This document shows positions 58,565 through 64,000 of a DNA stretch of 64,000 bases, piece by piece (position 1 is the stretch's first letter; each line of letters starts with the position of its first letter). The stretch covers positions 124,001 to 188,000 of IMG/VR virus record IMGVR_UViG_3300042540_001399; one strand, 5' to 3'. The translations under genes were made by a program, and so were the position numbers. The notes under the pieces were generated by a model that saw only the letters and a list, made by a program, of their open reading frames with translations, did not search any database and was not told the origin of the DNA.

Positions 58565-58630
58565 GGGGGCCGGATACCGCGGGTCCCGACTTCGTCGGAA
58601 AAATCGACCGACCGAACCCTTCGGGTTTTT
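58565..58630. other. GC-rich intergenic element with two GAA/TTC triloop hairpins
   Basis: CCGAC-TTC-GTCGG and AACCC-TTC-GGGTT (C-GAA-G on the minus strand); GGGGCC/GGTCCC. Confidence 0.6.
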
Positions 58631-58737
58631 AATAGTTCATATTATATCTTACTTAAGTGAATCTTTCAGAAAAAGGTGGTTTCCCTACTTGACTTAATGG
58701 TATTTACTGTTTATAATTTTATACACAAAAAAAAGTT

Positions 58738-59172
58738 ATGACAATTAAACAAGCACTGAAACAAAAAAATAAACTGATCAAACAGATCGGTGAAAATACA
58801 AAGTTGATGCAAGAGTACAACTCAATTGAAGTTGGAAATGAAAGACCATATAGCTCAAACGAACTATTGGTTGAAATAACTAAAGACACAAAGGAGTTGG
58901 CAAAGTTAAAAACAAAAATTCACATTGCAAACACACCAGTGTTAGAAGACATCTTTTTTATGTCGGAGTTAAAATCAATGACTCAATCACTTAAAAAAAT
59001 GGATTGTACCGAAGGGAAGTCAAATAGAGATAGGTACCGATTGGAAAGTGAAAGTATTAAAACCTCAGAAATATCTTTGGTTAAACGAAATGAAACAATC
59101 AAAGAGTTGGAAGCTCGAATTGAAGAAATCCAAGATCGATTGGATATATTCAACGCAACCACTCAAATTTAA
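58738..59172 (+). CDS. DUF6847/DIP1984-like coiled-coil protein
   Basis: MTIKQALKQKNKL...YNS...LKTKIHIAN...IQDRLDIFNATT. Confidence 0.6.
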   Translation: MTIKQALKQKNKLIKQIGENTKLMQEYNSIEVGNERPYSSNELLVEITKDTKELAKLKTKIHIANTPVLEDIFFMSELKSMTQSLKKMDCTEGKSNRDRYRLESESIKTSEISLVKRNETIKELEARIEEIQDRLDIFNATTQI

Positions 59173-59347
59173 TATGGTTTGTGGGTAGGGTCAAAATGAT
59201 ATGTGTTCTACAATTAGAGACTGAATAGTCAGATAATTGATCGTGATAAAGTAATGGTCCCAAACTCATTATTCAAAGACTCAAAAGTCATTTGATTAAA
59301 ATTTAAAACTCTTGATGACATAATTTTAATCCTCGAAACAAACTATA
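59173..59347 (+). ncRNA. Candidate 175-nt structured RNA in 3' UTR
   Basis: UAUGGUUUGU/ACAAACUAUA and AGGGUCAAAAU..UAUGU/ACAUAAUUUUAAUCCU long-range stems; terminator at 59351-59378. Confidence 0.6.
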
Positions 59348-59400
59348 TGGAACCCTCACAGAAATGTGGGGGTTTTTTAGTTGTAAGATATTTATTTCAT

Positions 59401-60021
59401 ATGAAAATCATTGTTACCGAATCACAGTTAAGACGATACCTTGTTAAAGAATCTACAGAAGAATCTGTTGATTTGGAAATGAATCAATCAATAGACACAA
59501 CAATAAATGAACTACACCCCAACGTTATTCCAAAATTCCAAAAATTAGTAAACGCGTGGAAAGCTAAGGGATACAAATTTAAAATTACCGACGGATTTAG
59601 AACATTTGATGAACAAGAAAACGAATTCCAAAAAGGAACTAGTAAAGCTCGTGGTGGTCTTGGGATTCACAATTATGGTCATGCGATTGATGTTTATATG
59701 TGGAATGGAAAAAATTGGGATAAACCATCTGACGCAATGTTAAAAGTTGCCGTGAACAATGGTTTTGAATCATACGGTCTTTCTTGGGGTTGGGATTTTT
59801 ATCACGTACAATATACAAAAGAATTCACAGGTCAAAAAGGTGGTGATGCTAATTTCATAAAAAAATACGGAAAACAATTAATCGATTCTTATTCCAAAAT
59901 TTCATCTGAAGACAAAAAGAAAATGAAAAAAAATATTGACGCTAAATTTAAACAGGGGAATGGCGGTTACAAAGATTTAATTAATAAATGGTTGGACTTA
60001 TATAGCCCCTTCAAAGATTAA
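59401..60021 (+). CDS. Leader-bearing M15 family peptidoglycan peptidase
   Basis: GFRTFDEQ, HNYGHAID and WDFYHVQ; MKIIVTESQL; start moved to 59401. Confidence 0.8.
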   Translation: MKIIVTESQLRRYLVKESTEESVDLEMNQSIDTTINELHPNVIPKFQKLVNAWKAKGYKFKITDGFRTFDEQENEFQKGTSKARGGLGIHNYGHAIDVYMWNGKNWDKPSDAMLKVAVNNGFESYGLSWGWDFYHVQYTKEFTGQKGGDANFIKKYGKQLIDSYSKISSEDKKKMKKNIDAKFKQGNGGYKDLINKWLDLYSPFKD

Positions 60022-60268
60022 AATTTTTTTGACAAATATTTTTTTTATCATTAATTTTAAATTTGAAGATGAAAAATTTAGGATTGTTTATTGCAGGAAT
60101 TGTTACCGCAATTTTGGCTTTGTTATATTTACCACCATTTATAATTTATCTTATTGGTTGTTTTCAGATTGGGTCATGGATTGGATCTTATATTCAAAAC
60201 AAAAGATTTGAAGATTAATTAATAATTGGTAACTTATACTGTTTTTATTTCACAAATATTTATTTTAT

Positions 60269-60568
60269 ATGGTGAATATACCCACATTTTTACTCAGAAG
60301 ATTTGACGGTCACAAGATAGAAAAGACGATGAAAAAAATTGCCGGTCAAGTTTATTTTGGTACTGACAACAAACAAGAATTCAAAGATGAACTTGTTTAT
60401 AGAACTCTTTCTAATTATTTTTGGACAAAATATAATTTCGATATTACACAACTCAGTGACGATGAATTGATATCTATGAATGAATTAATTTTTAAAATCT
60501 TTGAACCACTTATGAATGTATATTATTCAGGTCTTAAAAAAAATTACCCGAGTCCAAAAACAAATTAA
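60269..60568 (+). CDS. LRR-motif module protein
   Basis: IPTFLLRRFD; TATTTAT at 60257. Confidence 0.65.
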   Translation: MVNIPTFLLRRFDGHKIEKTMKKIAGQVYFGTDNKQEFKDELVYRTLSNYFWTKYNFDITQLSDDELISMNELIFKIFEPLMNVYYSGLKKNYPSPKTN

Positions 60569-60623
60569 TTTTATTTTATTAAAAAATTTTTGAAATTCAT
60601 AAATATTTATAATAAAAATATTT

Positions 60624-61130
60624 ATGGAAACAAATAGATTTAAACAACTTTTAGAATCAACTCTTGGAAATGTTAAACCATTAATTTCTGAACAAAGAGT
60701 AAACCAATCATCAATTCAAACAGTTGAACAATATGTTGTAAAATGTCTTACAGACATTAACAATTTCATTTTAAAAACAAACAAGGAACAAAAGAAAAAT
60801 GTACCAATAATTAAATATACCGTTAAAAGAATGAATGTTGCCGCTGATCCATCATACGGGACAAGACAAACTGTAGAAGTTCCTCAATATACCTTGATGA
60901 TAAACGGAGTACAGGCACCCGCACAATTAGATTTTGGTGTTTATTTAAATAACCCAAATACTTTTTTTAGAATTTGGAAAGATACTTTAGGTAATACAGA
61001 TTGGTTATTGAAAAACATCAAAGATACGCAAATTCTTCCTATAATACAAAATATAGATAAAAAATACTACGATTTATCTTTTAGAGCAACGCAGCAAGGT
61101 AACAAACAATCCCCTGTAAAAAAACCATAA
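60624..61130 (+). CDS. MExNRFKQLLES-leader hypothetical protein
   Basis: Leader shared with 56813. Confidence 0.7.
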   Translation: METNRFKQLLESTLGNVKPLISEQRVNQSSIQTVEQYVVKCLTDINNFILKTNKEQKKNVPIIKYTVKRMNVAADPSYGTRQTVEVPQYTLMINGVQAPAQLDFGVYLNNPNTFFRIWKDTLGNTDWLLKNIKDTQILPIIQNIDKKYYDLSFRATQQGNKQSPVKKP

Positions 61131-61218
61131 GACACATAAAGTTACTTACAGAAAAACCTCATCTTCAAAAGATGAGGTTTTTTATTTTCTTTATGTATTT
61201 ATAACGTATATATTAATT

Positions 61219-61401
61219 ATGACAAACGAACAAAAAGCACAAAAGTATAACGAACTAATGTACGAATATACTAGAACACAGAACAAAATTTCATCAATCA
61301 AAGGTGAATCATTGGAATTAAATCAAAAACAAATCCATGAAGTAAGATTATTGGAAGACAAGTTAAGGTTTTTGATGCAAATGGCAGCGAAACTTCATTA
61401 A
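61219..61401 (+). CDS. Small coiled-coil protein
   Basis: Resembles ORF 21150-21332 (ISSIKGESLELNQ vs ISDIKSKNYELSQ). Confidence 0.55.
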   Translation: MTNEQKAQKYNELMYEYTRTQNKISSIKGESLELNQKQIHEVRLLEDKLRFLMQMAAKLH

Positions 61402-61454
61402 TTTTTATTTTTTTTATTGTATTTATAATAAAAATAAATTACCAAATAAAAAAA

Positions 61455-62093
61455 ATGAAAAACTTTATAATAACTGAATCAGAAAAACAAAGAATTTTAG
61501 AAATGCACCAAAGTGCAACGTCAAGACAATATTTAAAAGAAAATGAAGATGAATGGATAGACATGTCAAATGATATGGAAACAGAATCAGATTTTTCAAT
61601 GATAGATTTAAAAAATGACAGAAATTTCAAAAGATTGGTTTCATTTCTTAAAAGAAATCCTGATGCCGCTATGGATATCAAAAATTCTTTAGAAATGAAT
61701 ATCAATGAGGCTCAAAAATACTATGATTATAGTGATGATCGTGGAAAAAAAGAAATTACTAGAAATCAGTATCTTAAAAGAAAACTAATTAATTATGGTA
61801 TATTTGGATTATTAGGGGCTGCAATTGGTGCAACAATGGGAGCCATGGCTGGTGACCAAGTTTTAGAAGCCGCTCTTCTTATGGCTGGAATGGGTGGTAC
61901 CGTGGGAGCGGAACTTGCTGGTCAGATTGGTAGAGAAAGAGTCAAAGACGAACCACCAACAGACGAAACTTCGATAGAAGATGACGAAACATTAAGTGAA
62001 CGTTGGTCACAAAAATACAAAAGATCAATAGATTGTAATAACCCAAAGGGTTTTTCACAAAAAGCCCATTGTCAAGGTAGAAAAAAAAGATAA
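61455..62093 (+). CDS. Leader-bearing protein with Gly/Ala-rich membrane hairpin and C-terminal WSxKYK...HC peptide
   Basis: MKNFIITESEKQRILEMH; GLLGAAIGATMGAMAG; LSE-RWSQKYKRSIDCNNPKGFSQKAHC. Confidence 0.65.
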   Translation: MKNFIITESEKQRILEMHQSATSRQYLKENEDEWIDMSNDMETESDFSMIDLKNDRNFKRLVSFLKRNPDAAMDIKNSLEMNINEAQKYYDYSDDRGKKEITRNQYLKRKLINYGIFGLLGAAIGATMGAMAGDQVLEAALLMAGMGGTVGAELAGQIGRERVKDEPPTDETSIEDDETLSERWSQKYKRSIDCNNPKGFSQKAHCQGRKKR

Positions 62094-62153
62094 ACCAAAC
62101 CCCGCGTTAATGTGGGGTTTTATTTTTATGTAATATTTATAAAATAAAAAATT

Positions 62154-63056
62154 ATGAAAAAAGTATTTAAAAAAATTAGTAAGTTGTTTTCCAAAAACAA
62201 AACGGTATCGGTAGATCCAAATACAATCGAAGGTGTGATTGTAAGCACACTTAACACAATTATTCAATCACCACAAGTACAGGACATGACATTCAAAGTG
62301 TCTTCGTCTTGTGATAAAACATCTGTTTTAAACGACATTGAATTTTGTAACGAAGTTTATGTTCACGATAAATATACTTGGAGTGTTGTTGATGATGCTT
62401 GTATTGATGCTTGTAATGTGGCATATGACATTTGTCATGGCGGATGCTCTGCGATAGATTGGACATGTAATAACTGTTGTACTAAAGAATGTAAACAAGG
62501 AAGAGATGCTTGTAAAAGTCTTTGTGGTTATTTAGATATGACAGGAGGTTACGAGTTCAGACTTATGAACATAAAAGGTGTTGGTGGTATTCAAGTAACA
62601 AATGTATATGATATGATACCAAAGTCTGATGTAGATAACGTATTTAGTATTACTATGGATTTAAATGTTCCAAAAGTTACCGCTCAGGCATATTATAAGA
62701 TTTGGCAAGACCCTATTCCTGCTATGACTGGAACAATTCCTGTGGTTGCATCTAATGTTACAGGAAAAGCAACCGGAACTTTAATTATTTCTTGTGATGA
62801 AAATAATCCTTCTGAATCAGGTTACTATTTACATATTGACACAATAGAAATTAACATACCTAAAAATGTATTTGATTCAAATATTTTATTAACTGCGGTG
62901 TCTATCTTTGGAATGGACATTCAATACTTAACAGGTGGTATTGTTGATCTTGATCAAATGTTGTTAGATTTAGCGGACGGTGAGTTGGCAGATGTTGTTG
63001 TTGATGTCTTAAACGATATTTTGGATGATTATAAATTAATGGATGCAAATTGTTGA
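62154..63056 (+). CDS. Cysteine-rich hypothetical protein
   Basis: Dense Cys cluster DACIDAC...CNNCC...C; TATTTAT upstream. Confidence 0.6.
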   Translation: MKKVFKKISKLFSKNKTVSVDPNTIEGVIVSTLNTIIQSPQVQDMTFKVSSSCDKTSVLNDIEFCNEVYVHDKYTWSVVDDACIDACNVAYDICHGGCSAIDWTCNNCCTKECKQGRDACKSLCGYLDMTGGYEFRLMNIKGVGGIQVTNVYDMIPKSDVDNVFSITMDLNVPKVTAQAYYKIWQDPIPAMTGTIPVVASNVTGKATGTLIISCDENNPSESGYYLHIDTIEINIPKNVFDSNILLTAVSIFGMDIQYLTGGIVDLDQMLLDLADGELADVVVDVLNDILDDYKLMDANC

Positions 63057-63059
63057 TAA

Positions 63060-63548
63060 ATGAAATCCAAATTAGAAAGTCTAAATGATACTAGTTTATC
63101 AAGATATCTTAATTATGTAAAAAACGCATTATCTAATGTTGTTGATATTGAAACGATAGAATTCACTGAATTTTATGAAAAATTAACTTATGATCTTGAT
63201 TTAGAAAGAAAAATTTTTTCCCCAATAAGAGGTGGTGATAGGTATGATGTAGAATACATCTTTGCATGTTTTTCATTAAATAATTACGGAAATAATAATT
63301 TCGACCCGAATGATTTAATGAGACCTGATCAGAAAGGGTTTACAGTTAACTATATGCTAGATGAAAGAGAATTAACTAGACGAACCTACAGGATAAAGAT
63401 GGAAACTTATCTTACGCGAAGAGATTTTGACACATCATATCTTTGGCAACTTAAAAATGAAGACGAAATCGATCCATGGTCATGGGAACATGTTGACACA
63501 GATTATTTGGATAGTGATTTTGTGGATGATGATTTTGATATACATTAA
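63060..63548 (+). CDS. Acidic hypothetical protein
   Basis: 162-aa ORF in operon. Confidence 0.6.
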   Translation: MKSKLESLNDTSLSRYLNYVKNALSNVVDIETIEFTEFYEKLTYDLDLERKIFSPIRGGDRYDVEYIFACFSLNNYGNNNFDPNDLMRPDQKGFTVNYMLDERELTRRTYRIKMETYLTRRDFDTSYLWQLKNEDEIDPWSWEHVDTDYLDSDFVDDDFDIH

Positions 63549-63559
63549 AATTTTATATT

Positions 63560-64000
63560 ATGAAGTTTATTATAAATGAAAACCAATTTGCCGGATTAAG
63601 ACAGAAACTTAGAAATTCAATTGAAACGGTAGGTGTATACGAAACTTTGAGAAGGTATAATATTACATTAAATATTTTATCGGTAATCTTCGATGGGAAC
63701 ATGCCTGACACATCTTGTTATGATTTGTATGAATTAATTAGAGTATATCTAAGACAAAAAAAGTTCAAAGAAAAAACTTATAAAAATTTGACATTTAAGT
63801 TTAGCTTCGATTCTATGGGTGGGGTTTTAGAATTTGAATGTGAAGATAAAATAAAAAATGATTTTGTAACAGCGTTTGCTACACCATATTGGGATGGAGA
63901 GTGTCACCTTCCAATAGATTTTCAATATTTTGGTTTTATTGGTGGAGGACCAGAATCCGAATTTGAAATAAGTGGTGATTATTTCTACATTGAAGATTTA
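63560..64000 (+). CDS. Leader-bearing protein, truncated by window end; paralog of 16733
   Basis: MKFIINENQF...; open to end of window. Confidence 0.65.
   Translation, partial: MKFIINENQFAGLRQKLRNSIETVGVYETLRRYNITLNILSVIFDGNMPDTSCYDLYELIRVYLRQKKFKEKTYKNLTFKFSFDSMGGVLEFECEDKIKNDFVTAFATPYWDGECHLPIDFQYFGFIGGGPESEFEISGDYFYIEDL

Noticed and set aside
59347-59400. Upstream-extended starts in the ORF track (also 17387, 23092, 28514, 42237, 44646, 47381, 51070, 57863, 58155)
   Set aside because: The extensions run through terminators or promoter motifs; downstream ATGs match the motif spacing, leaders or domain starts.
47890-60568. LRR modules as leucine-rich repeat proteins
   Set aside because: LRR here is a literal Leu-Arg-Arg tripeptide; there is no LxxLxLxxN periodicity.
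1056-62267. Numerous 60-130 aa antisense ORFs nested in longer genes
   Set aside because: They overlap well-supported opposite-strand genes and have the F/I/S-rich composition expected of antisense frames in AT-rich DNA.
1-64000. Stop-codon reassignment as seen in some huge phages
   Set aside because: Recognisable genes (thyA, glnII, umuC, uvrC) are intact in code 11, and both TAG and TGA end genes at sensible positions.
1-64000. tRNA or rRNA genes
   Set aside because: No cloverleaf with a T-loop was found by eye in the GC-richer intergenic patches (4186, 55940, 58565). tRNAscan-SE would be needed to exclude them fully.

Overview
Strongly AT-rich, gene-dense 64-kb segment, almost all + strand, standard code 11. 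It reads as part of a jumbo/huge phage infecting Bacteroidota: TAnnTTTG host-sigma promoters, a T9SS cargo gene, GSII, DUF2452 and Bacteroidota-type lipoproteins. No capsid, terminase or replicative polymerase gene is in the window. Two gene programmes are interleaved. (1) Blocks behind TAnnTTTG promoters: small ORFs, a dispersed RNA end-repair kit, a glycosyl/methyltransferase cluster, uvrC, glnII, thyA plus a DfrB-like gene. (2) About 35 genes, mostly behind a TATTTAT motif, whose unrelated products share a few short N-terminal leaders ending in (I/L/V)-x-E. The main hypothesis is a leader-addressed, protease-processed virion cargo system. Support includes a tandem array with a DNA-level conserved leader, internal leader copies that create polyproteins, and an Ntn hydrolase whose catalytic Cys sits directly after an I-H-E site. 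Around a 1.75-kb non-coding region (54.6-56.3 kb) are minus-strand hairpins built from tandem G.A pairs and C-GAA-G triloops, iteron-like repeats, a G-quadruplex motif and two convergent sRNA candidates. A 175-nt rod-like RNA candidate follows a DUF6847-like gene. All family names come from motif recognition by eye; no database search was run.
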